From assembly GCA_016182185.1 (NCBI GenBank), contig JACOXU010000001.1, forward strand, positions 274,915 through 338,914: a stretch of 64,000 bases of DNA. Direction: 5' to 3'. The position numbers were made by a program, and so were the translations under genes. Within the stretch, counting starts at the first letter, position 1; every line of letters starts with the position of its first letter. Origin of the DNA: Candidatus Levyibacteriota bacterium (GTDB lineage: Bacteria > Patescibacteriota > Microgenomatia > Levybacterales > UBA12049). Positions 49,986 through 58,619 of the stretch are shown here, one piece after another. The notes under the pieces are model-generated. The model was not told the origin of the DNA and ran no database searches. It saw only the letters and a list, made by a program, of their open reading frames with translations.

Positions 49986-51219
49986 AAGACACTTTCGTAG
50001 AATTCTTCCCGTTCTCGCAATCATCGGACCCGGAATTATTTCAGGATCTGTTGATAATGATGCGGGTGGAATCACAACTTATTCAGTTGCAGGAGCCAGA
50101 TTTGGCTATTCTCTTTTGTGGGTTTTATTTTTAACCACATTTTCCCTGGCAATTACACAAGAAATTGGAGCAAGGATGGGACTTGTTACAGGAAAAGGTC
50201 TGGCTTCCTTGATCCGGGAAAAATTTGGCCTTAACTGGACCGCAATTGTTATGGTAATTTTGTTTATTGCCAACATGGGAACAATTGCTGCTGAGTTTGC
50301 GGGGATCGCAGGGGCTTTGGAAATATTTAATGTTCCACGATTTGCCTCTGTGCTTATAGCAATTACTGCCGTTTATTTTCTGGTCACAAGAGGAAATTTT
50401 AAAAGACTGGAAAGAATCTTCTTAGTTATTTCGTTTTTTTATATTTCTTATATTATTTCTGCATTTATCATTAATCCTAGCTGGGGAATCGCAGTCAAAA
50501 GTCTTGTAATGCCGAGCTTTCAGCTAAATAATGCATATATTTTAACCCTCATGGCAGTAGTAGGTACGACAATCACACCTTGGGGCCAGTTTTTTATACA
50601 GGATTATGTCGTGGATAAAAAGCTTTCGAAGGAGGATCTAAAAATAGAGCGAGGCGATGTATTTTTAGGTTCTTTTCTGACGAATTTTATCGCTTTTTTT
50701 ATAGTTGTTGCTACAGCGGGAACACTTTTTGCTCAGGGAATTAATATCACTGAAGCAAAAGATGCGGCAATTGCTCTGAAACCATTAGCAGGAAATTTTG
50801 CGGCCGTACTTTTCTCATTTGGACTTCTAAATGCTTCTCTTTTTGGCGCTGCTTTAGTACCGGTTACTACTTCCTACGTAATTACCGAAGCATTTGGAAT
50901 GGAATCGGGGCTCAATTTTAGAGTCAGGCAAGCTCCGTATTTTTATGGTCTTTTTGCCTTTTCTCTTGTCTTGGGAGGTCTTATGGTAATAATTCCCTCA
51001 TTTCCTCTTCTCACGATTCTTATAGTCTCTCAGGCCTTAAATGCAGTGCTACTTCTTCCTATTTTTATATTTCTCTACCTCCTTTCAAATGACAAAAAGA
51101 TTTTGGGCAATTACGTAAACAACAGGCTAATAAATGCAGTTCTTATAATTACCTTTACAGGGGTCGCAATTGCCTCATCTATCTATCTCTTCTCCCTCTT
51201 CTTCCCAAAGGGATTTTAA
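49972..51219 (+). CDS. NRAMP-family divalent cation transporter (NRMT-like)
   Basis: 415 aa; GPGIISGSVDNDAGGITTYS..GA.FGY, QE...R.G.VTG.GL, GTTITPW. Confidence 0.88.
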   Translation: MNLFRRHFRRILPVLAIIGPGIISGSVDNDAGGITTYSVAGARFGYSLLWVLFLTTFSLAITQEIGARMGLVTGKGLASLIREKFGLNWTAIVMVILFIANMGTIAAEFAGIAGALEIFNVPRFASVLIAITAVYFLVTRGNFKRLERIFLVISFFYISYIISAFIINPSWGIAVKSLVMPSFQLNNAYILTLMAVVGTTITPWGQFFIQDYVVDKKLSKEDLKIERGDVFLGSFLTNFIAFFIVVATAGTLFAQGINITEAKDAAIALKPLAGNFAAVLFSFGLLNASLFGAALVPVTTSYVITEAFGMESGLNFRVRQAPYFYGLFAFSLVLGGLMVIIPSFPLLTILIVSQALNAVLLLPIFIFLYLLSNDKKILGNYVNNRLINAVLIITFTGVAIASSIYLFSLFFPKGF

Positions 51220-51324
51220 TCGATCATATCAAGCCCTACGCATTGTCTGTTAGCTTCTACATCTGGTAACGAATCTTTAATATTGATTAATTGTAAATCA
51301 TGTAGTATATTGCGAGCATTGTTT

Positions 51325-52371
51325 ATGGGCAATGCCTTAGAAGAAAGAGAAAGAAAAGAACAAAGAAGTTTTGGTGTAGTGCAAGTTGTAGTAGACGGAT
51401 CACCCTTGTTTAAACCCGATTACGCTGCAGATCTTTCTGATAGAAGTTTCATAAATTATCTTAAGAACTCAGAGTCGGTGTGGAAATACGGTTCGGCAGC
51501 TTGGATGGACAGAAAACCAGAAGATATAAAACTGCTTGAAAGAATTGCGAAAGACAAGAGATTTCCTGAATTCTTAGCAGGCGTTATTAGAAACGGAGAA
51601 GACTATTTTGCAACACAAGCTGCCTCAGATTTAGCCGATATGATTGCGGGCAGCAATCAAGCTCTTGAAATCATTCCCTCAGAAGATTTAAGGCTACCTG
51701 AAAAAACTCCTGAGGATCCTGAGAATAAAGATAATTCTTTAGACAAGATAACAAAATCTATCAGGAGATTGGGATTATTTTTAAGAAAAGGGATGATAAT
51801 TTGTAGAGGAAATGTCGGCGAGGTAGAGGCCCTGCGAGGAGGAACTCTGTATATTGACGGGGATGTAGAGAAATTATCTCAACCCGAATACGGAATAGTT
51901 TATATAAATGGCGATCTTCATCATCTTGGAAATTCAGATAAAATCATTTTGATTGTAACTGGAAAAATTCATGAGTATGTCCAGCCGAAATACTCAGCGG
52001 GTGGTCTTGGATTAGAAATAACCCCTTCTCCTTTTATTTTCACTTCTGAGGAAATTAGAGGACATCGGGTCGGAGTAAAAGATCATCACGGAGGAACTCA
52101 ATTGACACACGCTGAAGAATTTTCCGGAGGTTTGGTTGTCTCTCCTGATTCTATATCTGGATGGCAACCTCAAGATGTGAAAAGAAGAGCCATGGACCTT
52201 TGCAGGAAGCGGGTGGATACGGATCTTGAAAGCATTCGAAAAATCGCAGGAAACATAAGCGACCCAAAAAATATGGCGGAATTTTACGAGAAGTATATTT
52301 TGGGATACATAACAGCTCGAGTTAAAGGAAACTATGAAGGAGCGAGCCGTCACGCTATATCTTTTGACTAG
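51325..52371 (+). CDS. Hypothetical protein with short beta-helix-like repeats
   Basis: Long ORF, start moved to ATG 51325; repeats GMIICRGNV / GTLYIDGDV / GIVYINGDL / ILIVTGKI. Confidence 0.65.
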   Translation: MGNALEERERKEQRSFGVVQVVVDGSPLFKPDYAADLSDRSFINYLKNSESVWKYGSAAWMDRKPEDIKLLERIAKDKRFPEFLAGVIRNGEDYFATQAASDLADMIAGSNQALEIIPSEDLRLPEKTPEDPENKDNSLDKITKSIRRLGLFLRKGMIICRGNVGEVEALRGGTLYIDGDVEKLSQPEYGIVYINGDLHHLGNSDKIILIVTGKIHEYVQPKYSAGGLGLEITPSPFIFTSEEIRGHRVGVKDHHGGTQLTHAEEFSGGLVVSPDSISGWQPQDVKRRAMDLCRKRVDTDLESIRKIAGNISDPKNMAEFYEKYILGYITARVKGNYEGASRHAISFD

Positions 52372-52423
52372 TGCTGGGCATACCGCTCTAGACCCATTTA
52401 GTCATTATAGCAATCAGCTGCTC

Positions 52424-52848
52424 TCACTTATTCAAAATAACTATAGATACGTTAAGAAGGGTTGCAAATGCAACCCACAAAGCATAAGGTAAAAGAAGAT
52501 ACATGGCAAACTTGGATATTTTATTAAACTTAATCATAGTTAAAATTAGTGCGACAAATAGAACAGTAGTAAAAATAAATATAGTGCTATTTTTATTTTT
52601 TTGCTTTTGGAATCCTCTCTCCAAATTAAATAAGCTGATAAGCCCATCAGAAAATATAATATTATCCAGACCGGACCAAAAATCCAGTTGGGTGGAGAAA
52701 ATGGCGGTTTTATAAGTTGTGCGTACCATGTAGGTATTGAACCAATAGTAAATGGAGTACCCGCTAGTCCTACTAACTCACAACCTATGATTGAAATTAT
52801 AACCTTGTAAATATCTCTCACATTTTTAGTATGAGAAATGATTGTCAT
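52424..52848 (-). pseudogene. tspO: TspO/MBR family gene broken by an internal deletion and frameshift
   Basis: N-part (WYAQLIKPPFSPPNWIFGPVWIILYFLMG) and C-part (LLLPYALWVAFATLLN) lie in different frames; the QL.LN..WS..FFG segment is missing. Confidence 0.8.
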
Positions 52849-52884
52849 TATGTCAATTAAAAAATTCTTAATTAAGGGACTAAA

Positions 52885-53053
52885 CGGTCTGGAACCATTT
52901 GATCATTATAACTGCATTAATTCCGCTTTTTATCAAATAAATTCCTATTTTCCCAGTAATTTGCTAAGGATTATAAGCTTCGCAGGAGTGGTGAATCGAA
53001 GCTTTAGGGTTATAGTCCGCGTGTGCTGAGCATATCGGTCTCGAACCGTTTGA
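52885..53053. repeat. Pair of 18-bp imperfect palindromic direct repeats
   Basis: CGGTCTGGAACCATTTGA (52885-52902) and CGGTCTCGAACCGTTTGA (53036-53053), 16/18 identical, 133 nt apart. Confidence 0.7.
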
Positions 53054-53063
53054 ACTTTATAGC

Positions 53064-53693
53064 TTAATGTCGTCTGTCAATAAAATCTTTCCACGAACGC
53101 ATTTTTAGTTTTGCAAACCCTTTTGGTTTAAAATGAACCTTCTTGTGAGAATAAATAAATTTTAATCTCTGATAACCAATATAGCTCAAGATAATACCAG
53201 TGCTCGTACCCAAATTTAGACTCTCAACAATGCCACCCATTGGTATTTGAATACACATATCTGAGCTATTAACTGCTTCATCAGATATGCCTCCAGATTC
53301 ATTACCAAACCAGATAGCAAGACGCCGTTGCGTGAATGTCTCTTCATATAAATTTATATTATTCTTCCCCTTTTTATGTGATGAAGTTACAGCAATGGTA
53401 TAAAGATTTTTCTTAAGATGATCTATGCACTCACTAGTAGAATTAAAATATTTTACGAAAACCCATTTATTTGCCCCAACACTAATATTTGATAAATGTT
53501 TATCTTTTCGAGACGTTTCAAAATCTTTTAAGATATCTGCGCCACCAATAACATATAGTTTTTCAACACCGAATGCTGAAATATTCCTTATTGCAGAAGC
53601 AATATTGACTAAGTTGTCTGGATTTTCTAATACGCAAATGAAATACTTATTTTGCAGATGCTTTACTTGTCTAATTCTTTCTCTTATGGCCAT
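53064..53693 (-). CDS. TrmH/SpoU-family RNA 2'-O-methyltransferase
   Basis: 209 aa; VLEN....NIASAIRN..AFG, FGNESGG, IPMGGIVESLNL. Confidence 0.9.
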   Translation of the reverse strand: MAIRERIRQVKHLQNKYFICVLENPDNLVNIASAIRNISAFGVEKLYVIGGADILKDFETSRKDKHLSNISVGANKWVFVKYFNSTSECIDHLKKNLYTIAVTSSHKKGKNNINLYEETFTQRRLAIWFGNESGGISDEAVNSSDMCIQIPMGGIVESLNLGTSTGIILSYIGYQRLKFIYSHKKVHFKPKGFAKLKMRSWKDFIDRRH

Positions 53694-53749
53694 ATTTATA
53701 CTTATAATTTTGCTGCCGGAGTTGGATTTTTTTTATCTTCTTGCCAGAG

Positions 53750-53820
53750 CTGCTGGGTTTGGATTCGAACCAAAATAAACGGATTCAGAGTCCGTTGTCC
53801 TACCATTAGACGACCCAGCA
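53750..53820 (-). tRNA. tRNA-Gln (anticodon CTG), CCA not encoded
   Basis: Reverse complement TGCTGGG...CCCAGCA-G; anticodon arm ACGGA-CTCTGAA-TCCGT; T arm TTTGG-TTCGAAT-CCAAA. Confidence 0.94.
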
Positions 53821-53888
53821 ATGTCAAGCTAATTTTATCAGATTTTCCAAGGCATAACAAACTTAATTATTAATGCTATAATTACTCT

Positions 53889-54671
53889 ATGAAATCAGAT
53901 AATATTAATAATTATAAAAGGGTTGCATTAGGTCTTGCACATCAAGCTGGGAAAATTATGCGGAAAAATTTCTCACTTGGTAGCAAAAAGACCTGGAAAA
54001 AAGACAATACTCCAGTTACCGAAACCGATATTACAGTCAACAAACTAGTAATAAAAACTCTTTCAAAAAATTTTCCAGAGTACGGAATAATCGGAGAAGA
54101 AGAGAGTCTTAAAAAAAACTCCCAGTATCAATGGGTATGTGATCCCCTTGATGGCACAGTGCCCTTTTCTCACGGTTACCCAATGTTTACTTTTGTACTG
54201 GCATTGGTTAAAAATGGCGATCCTATATTGGGAGTAATTTATGACCCAATTTTAGACAGGCTTTTCTACGCTGAAAAGAGGAAAGGTACTTTTCTTAATG
54301 GCAAAAGGATCAGGGTTTCCGATCAAAAAACACTTGGCAAATATTCAGTCGTAGAAGTAAATGCACGCAATAGATATAAAAACCTTCAAGATATAATTTC
54401 GGAAAGAGCACATTATACTGTTAACTTTATTTCAGCATCTTACGCTGCAAGCCTGGTTGCATCCGGAGCTTTCGTTGCCAATGTTTATGAATATGAGAAT
54501 CCATGGGATGGAGCTGCTGCAAAAATAATTGTTGAAGAGGCAGGTGGAAAGGTAACTGACATTACCGGAAAAGAACAAAGATATGACCGCGATATAAACG
54601 GCTTTATCGCAAGTAACGGCCTAGTCCACAAAGAACTTTTAAAACTTTGTGAAATCGCCCGAGAGAATTAG
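53889..54671 (+). CDS. Inositol monophosphatase family protein (SuhB/HisN-like)
   Basis: 260 aa; VTETD, GEE, WVCDPLDGT, PWDGAAA. Confidence 0.9.
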   Translation: MKSDNINNYKRVALGLAHQAGKIMRKNFSLGSKKTWKKDNTPVTETDITVNKLVIKTLSKNFPEYGIIGEEESLKKNSQYQWVCDPLDGTVPFSHGYPMFTFVLALVKNGDPILGVIYDPILDRLFYAEKRKGTFLNGKRIRVSDQKTLGKYSVVEVNARNRYKNLQDIISERAHYTVNFISASYAASLVASGAFVANVYEYENPWDGAAAKIIVEEAGGKVTDITGKEQRYDRDINGFIASNGLVHKELLKLCEIAREN

Positions 54672-54751
54672 AAAACAATCTCCTCTCTGTTATAATTAAC
54701 ATCTAATATTTCTCTTCACCTTTTTGTCTCCAATAGGACTATAATGTATTT

Positions 54752-55123
54752 ATGGATGGCAAAACCCAACCAAGCTTAATTCTTCTGACATATAAAAATA
54801 AGGTTCTCCTCATGCATAAGAGTGATAATTCAATTGACAAAGAAAAACATCCGTGGTGTCTTATCGGCGGAATTAAAGAAGAAAAAGAGTCTTTTGAAAA
54901 TGCGATGACAAGACGGGTAGAAAAAGAAATGGGTATAAAAGTTGATAAAGTTGAATATGTCTCTGAATCTTGTTATCATGCCAGACTAACCGATGATAAT
55001 GTCAATAAGATTCAAAGGGCAGAAAATCAACTGCTTGATTTTTTTACTCTTGGAGAAGTGAAAAAGCTTTTTCTTTCAAGCACAACAGCGCAATTTATTT
55101 CAAAACACAGCGCCCTTATATAA
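54752..55123 (+). CDS. Nudix-fold protein with a degenerate Nudix box
   Basis: 123 aa; WCLIGGIKEEKESFENAMTRRVEKEMGI. Confidence 0.75.
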   Translation: MDGKTQPSLILLTYKNKVLLMHKSDNSIDKEKHPWCLIGGIKEEKESFENAMTRRVEKEMGIKVDKVEYVSESCYHARLTDDNVNKIQRAENQLLDFFTLGEVKKLFLSSTTAQFISKHSALI

Positions 55124-55137
55124 AAAGGGGGGAAGCG

Positions 55138-55157
55138 ACCCTCAGTAAACGGAGGGT
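55138..55157. terminator. Hairpin between convergent genes (possible terminator)
   Basis: ACCCTC-N8-GAGGGT followed by TATTT; weak U-tract. Confidence 0.4.
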
Positions 55158-55169
55158 TATTTGGATAGT

Positions 55170-55538
55170 TTATCTAATTAACTTCATTATGTGGGGGATG
55201 AAGATGAGGAGGCCGACGATCACAGCGCCCATTGAAGCGACAAGCACCATGCCCGCTCCGACATCTTTGGCGATCTTGGCTTCTTTTCGATGCTCACTGA
55301 TAATAAGATCTACCATCTCTTCAAGTGCTGAATTGATCATTTCTGTACAAATAACCAAAACTATCATAACGCCTAAGATTCCCATTTCAAATGGAGTAAC
55401 TTTAAAATAAACGCTCGCAACAACTACAACAACTGCGGCTGCCAAATGAATTCTTAAGTTTCTGTTGTGTCTTATTGAGAAAAATATTCCCTCAAAGGCA
55501 TACTTGAATGATTGAATAAGTGTAGTATTTGTATTCAT
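55170..55538 (-). CDS. dgkA: DgkA-family undecaprenol/diacylglycerol kinase
   Basis: 122 aa; SFKYAFEGI, N.RIH, EMINSALE..VD, AKIAKDVGAG.V. Confidence 0.9.
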   Translation of the reverse strand: MNTNTTLIQSFKYAFEGIFFSIRHNRNLRIHLAAAVVVVVASVYFKVTPFEMGILGVMIVLVICTEMINSALEEMVDLIISEHRKEAKIAKDVGAGMVLVASMGAVIVGLLIFIPHIMKLIR

Positions 55539-56122
55539 TTTAAATAAGTTTTTGCAATTATATAAACTATTATAGTTATAATTGTACCCAGAACTCCACC
55601 CGTTACTGCCTCTGTCGGCGTATGTTTTTTAATTTTAATCCTTGACCAAGCCATAATCGGAATAAGAACAAGCGAAAGAATAAACCACCCGCCATAAAGA
55701 ATTGCCAAAGAAATACTAAGGGCAGAAACAGTTGCCGTATGAATACTTACTTTAATCCATTGATTGGCAATTCCAAGTACGATTATTCCCAAAATAATAG
55801 CAAAGATGGCAATAAAAAGTATTTTTGGACCATTTAATACAAAAAGAGAAGCAAGGTAAAAAAAGGTAACAAGTCCTGAAAAAAAGAACAATAAGGGCCT
55901 TTGCTCCTTTTTGGAAACATCAAAATCAGAAAAAACTCCCAAGAAGGTTCCGGCAATCACGAACAAAACTACTGAAAAAAGGAAAATATAAGAGAACAAT
56001 GCCCATTTGAGAGCATAAATATCATTATTGCTTACCTTATCTACTAGGATGTATGGCGCAGGCAAAAGAATTATCAGAGGACTCGAGAATAAAGATATTA
56101 TCCTTGCAATAAAATTACTCAT
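55535..56122 (-). CDS. PAP2-like integral membrane phosphatase
   Basis: 195 aa, multi-TM; KVSIHTA and WSRIKIKKHT..E match PAP2 C2/C3-like motifs. Confidence 0.65.
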   Translation of the reverse strand: MSNFIARIISLFSSPLIILLPAPYILVDKVSNNDIYALKWALFSYIFLFSVVLFVIAGTFLGVFSDFDVSKKEQRPLLFFFSGLVTFFYLASLFVLNGPKILFIAIFAIILGIIVLGIANQWIKVSIHTATVSALSISLAILYGGWFILSLVLIPIMAWSRIKIKKHTPTEAVTGGVLGTIITIIVYIIAKTYLK

Positions 56123-57398
56123 TTAAATTCTTGAAAAAAAATTCTTTTCCGTAAATTTGATTAAGCTCCAAAACGCCTATTCCGTGCTCTTTTCCCGTCA
56201 AGAGAAAATATATTTTTTTAAATGAGATGTTATTTCCCTTACTGAAATTTTTAAGAACCTTGAGAAGTTTCTCATCCTGCCAGGAATCCTTTAATTCATT
56301 TTTAAGATAAACCGATAAATTATTGGCAATTCTTTTTTCTTCCGAGGTCATTTTTCTTTCTCTTCTGATACTCATTAAATTTTTAAAATCTTTTAAAGTT
56401 TTTATTCTTGATCTTGCAGAATCAACTACCAGATCTCCTTTTGACGAATTAAGAAGAGATATTATATCTTTATCTTTGGAATAAAAATCAGTCAATCTTT
56501 GCTTGAGATCCTTAATCTCTCTAATCCACATTCCATTTAACCATTCAAGCTTTTTAAGATCAAAAATCGGATTTGCAGTATTAATATCTTTAAGATCAAA
56601 CAGTCGGATTAATTCCTTAATAGAGAATATTTCTTTATCTCGCCCACGCCTGTCTTCGCTTGCGCTCCGCAGGCGAGATCCGTCGCTTCGCTCGTCCGCT
56701 CCAGGATTCCAGCCAAGAAGCGCCATGTAGTTTAATAAAGTTTCTTTAAGATATCCTTCATCTTTATAATCCAGTACTGCTTTTGCACCGTGCCTCTTAG
56801 AAAGCTTTGTCTTATCAGTTCCTAAGATGATGGGCAAATGACACCAAACAGGTTCTTTCCATAGGAAAGCTTTATATAATTGAACATGTTTTGGTGTCGA
56901 GGAAATAAATTCCTCACCTCTAATTATATGGGTTATTTTCATAAGATAATCATCAACTACATTGGCAAAATTATAGGTTGGATATCCGTCAGACTTCATA
57001 ATTATGAAGTCTTCCTGTGTATTATTTTTAAACACAATTTTTTTATTTCCTACCGCGTCCTGCCAAAAAGTTTCGCCTGTCTTTGGCATCCTAAATCTTA
57101 GAGCGCCTTCTTCTCTATAAGCTAACTTTTTCTTTTCCAAAATATCTGCATATTCTTTGTAAACAGACAGTCTCTCGGATTGAACATATTTTTCATCAAA
57201 GGAAAGACCCAGCCATTCTAAGGTTTTAATTATTATAGTTTCTGCTTCTTTTAAAAATCTAGTTCTGTCTGTATCCTCAATTCGCAGAATAAATTTCCCG
57301 CTGTTATGACGTGCAAAAAGAAAATTAAAAAGCGCAGTTCTTGTATTTCCGATATGAGGGATGCCTGTCGGACTCGGCGCAAACCTTACTCTAATCAT
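56115..57398 (-). CDS. gltX: Glutamyl-tRNA synthetase
   Basis: RVRFAPSPTG..HIGN, LRIEDTD, IRGEE, KLSKRHG. Start moved to ATG 57398; about 20-aa insertion after LGWNPG. Confidence 0.95.
   Translation of the reverse strand: MIRVRFAPSPTGIPHIGNTRTALFNFLFARHNSGKFILRIEDTDRTRFLKEAETIIIKTLEWLGLSFDEKYVQSERLSVYKEYADILEKKKLAYREEGALRFRMPKTGETFWQDAVGNKKIVFKNNTQEDFIIMKSDGYPTYNFANVVDDYLMKITHIIRGEEFISSTPKHVQLYKAFLWKEPVWCHLPIILGTDKTKLSKRHGAKAVLDYKDEGYLKETLLNYMALLGWNPGADERSDGSRLRSASEDRRGRDKEIFSIKELIRLFDLKDINTANPIFDLKKLEWLNGMWIREIKDLKQRLTDFYSKDKDIISLLNSSKGDLVVDSARSRIKTLKDFKNLMSIRRERKMTSEEKRIANNLSVYLKNELKDSWQDEKLLKVLKNFSKGNNISFKKIYFLLTGKEHGIGVLELNQIYGKEFFFKNLNE
56638..56700. repeat. GC-rich palindromic element inserted in frame in gltX
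   Basis: TCTCGCC (56638-56644) / GGCGAGA (56672-56678) inverted pair and two CTTCGCT motifs; encodes ADERSDGSRLRSASEDRRGR. Confidence 0.75.
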
Positions 57399-57430
57399 AG
57401 TTATTATTCCCGCGGGGTATTTCAAAATTT

Positions 57431-57520
57431 TGTAAAATCAAAGCGAGAAATAAATTTTTTCGCTGGACGCAAGCGAACTGCGTTTTCCTTGAAAAAATTT
57501 GATTTCGAGCAAATATTACA
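57431..57520. mobile_element. Intergenic MITE-like long imperfect hairpin
   Basis: Nested inverted pairs TGTAA/TTACA, GAAAT-AAATTTTTTC/GAAAAAATTT-G-ATTTC and ACGCA/TGCGT. Confidence 0.55.
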
Positions 57521-57575
57521 ATTGACCTCAGCGGTACACTTGCATTGTACCTTAAGTTTTTCTTATACTCAAGAC

Positions 57576-58619
57576 ATGCTCACTTTGGGCCAAGCTTCAG
57601 CTATTACCAAAACTTTTGCCAAGTGGACAATAGGGATAATTGGCGCAATTCTGTTAATCCTAATTGCCTTCAGAGTCGGAAAAATAGTAAAAGAAATTAT
57701 TTCGCCTACTCCTCCTGCGCCGCCAACAGTTACATTCGGAAAACTACCCAAGATTGCATTTCCTGAAAAAAATATAGAAGGTCAATTCAGCTTCAGAATT
57801 GACACGCTAACCGGGGCTCTTCCTTCTTTTTCTGACCGGGCAAAAGTATTCAAGATGGTTCCTGACAGACCAGATCTTCTTGCAACTCAAAGAGCAAAAG
57901 ATAAAGTTACAAAGGTAGGATTTAAAGCTGATAGCATTCAAGTTTCAGAAAACATTTACGAGTGGACGGATGATACCCCTCTTGCCAGAAAATTGGTGTT
58001 AAACACTCTTACTTCCAATTTTACGCTTACATCTTCTTTTTTTACCGACCAGACAATTCTTGCCGCTACCAACCTTCCCGATCAAAATAAAGCCGTGTCA
58101 CTTGCTCAATCCTTTTTATCAAACATGTCGTCTCTCCCTGTTGATCTTGACGCTGAGAAAACAAAAGCTACTCTTTTCTCGATAAGAAACGGGACATTGG
58201 TTCCCTCAACAAGTTACTCAGAAACACAAATAGTCAGGGTCGATTTTTTTCAAAAAAATATAGAAAAAATGCCGATCTACTATTCAAATCCGGTAGTTCC
58301 AAATATAAGCTTTTTGGTCGGAGGCGGAGAAAATGATCCTCAAATTGTTCAAGCAAATTATACATATCAAGGAGTAACAGAGGAAAGTGCCACCTATCCG
58401 ATAAAAACTGCCCAAGAAGCCTACTCAGAGCTTGAGGAAGGAAATGCTTATACTGCCTCAAATAATAAGCCCGGGACCGTATCGATAACTAATATTTTTC
58501 TTGCATATTATATAGGAGAAGAAAGACAAGAGTATCTTTTGCCAATCGTTGTCTTTGAAGGAGAAAATAATTTTGTTGCTTATATTTCAGCCGTTAAGGA
58601 CGGATGGTTAAGTAATTAA
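57576..58619 (+). CDS. Hypothetical membrane-anchored extracytoplasmic protein
   Basis: Start moved to ATG 57576 (MLTLGQAS); N-terminal TM, then PTPPAPPTVTFGKLP and a soluble domain; TATACT 6 nt upstream. Confidence 0.75.
   Translation: MLTLGQASAITKTFAKWTIGIIGAILLILIAFRVGKIVKEIISPTPPAPPTVTFGKLPKIAFPEKNIEGQFSFRIDTLTGALPSFSDRAKVFKMVPDRPDLLATQRAKDKVTKVGFKADSIQVSENIYEWTDDTPLARKLVLNTLTSNFTLTSSFFTDQTILAATNLPDQNKAVSLAQSFLSNMSSLPVDLDAEKTKATLFSIRNGTLVPSTSYSETQIVRVDFFQKNIEKMPIYYSNPVVPNISFLVGGGENDPQIVQANYTYQGVTEESATYPIKTAQEAYSELEEGNAYTASNNKPGTVSITNIFLAYYIGEERQEYLLPIVVFEGENNFVAYISAVKDGWLSN

Noticed and set aside
52424-52848. Stop-codon recoding (code 25) or programmed frameshift to rescue tspO
   Set aside because: TGA terminates many intact genes in this window, and tspO lacks a conserved internal segment, which recoding would not restore.
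52838-53053. CRISPR array or tRNA/tmRNA at the 18-bp direct repeats; ORF 52838..53029
   Set aside because: Only two repeats 133 nt apart and no cas genes; no cloverleaf or tmRNA ends could be built; the ORF has no motif support.
57306-57575. N-terminal 90 aa of ORF 57306..58619 and the TTG start of gltX at 57425
   Set aside because: The extension overlaps gltX and the intergenic hairpin. ATG 57576 has a -10 box and TM segment, and ATG 57398 matches the usual GluRS start.
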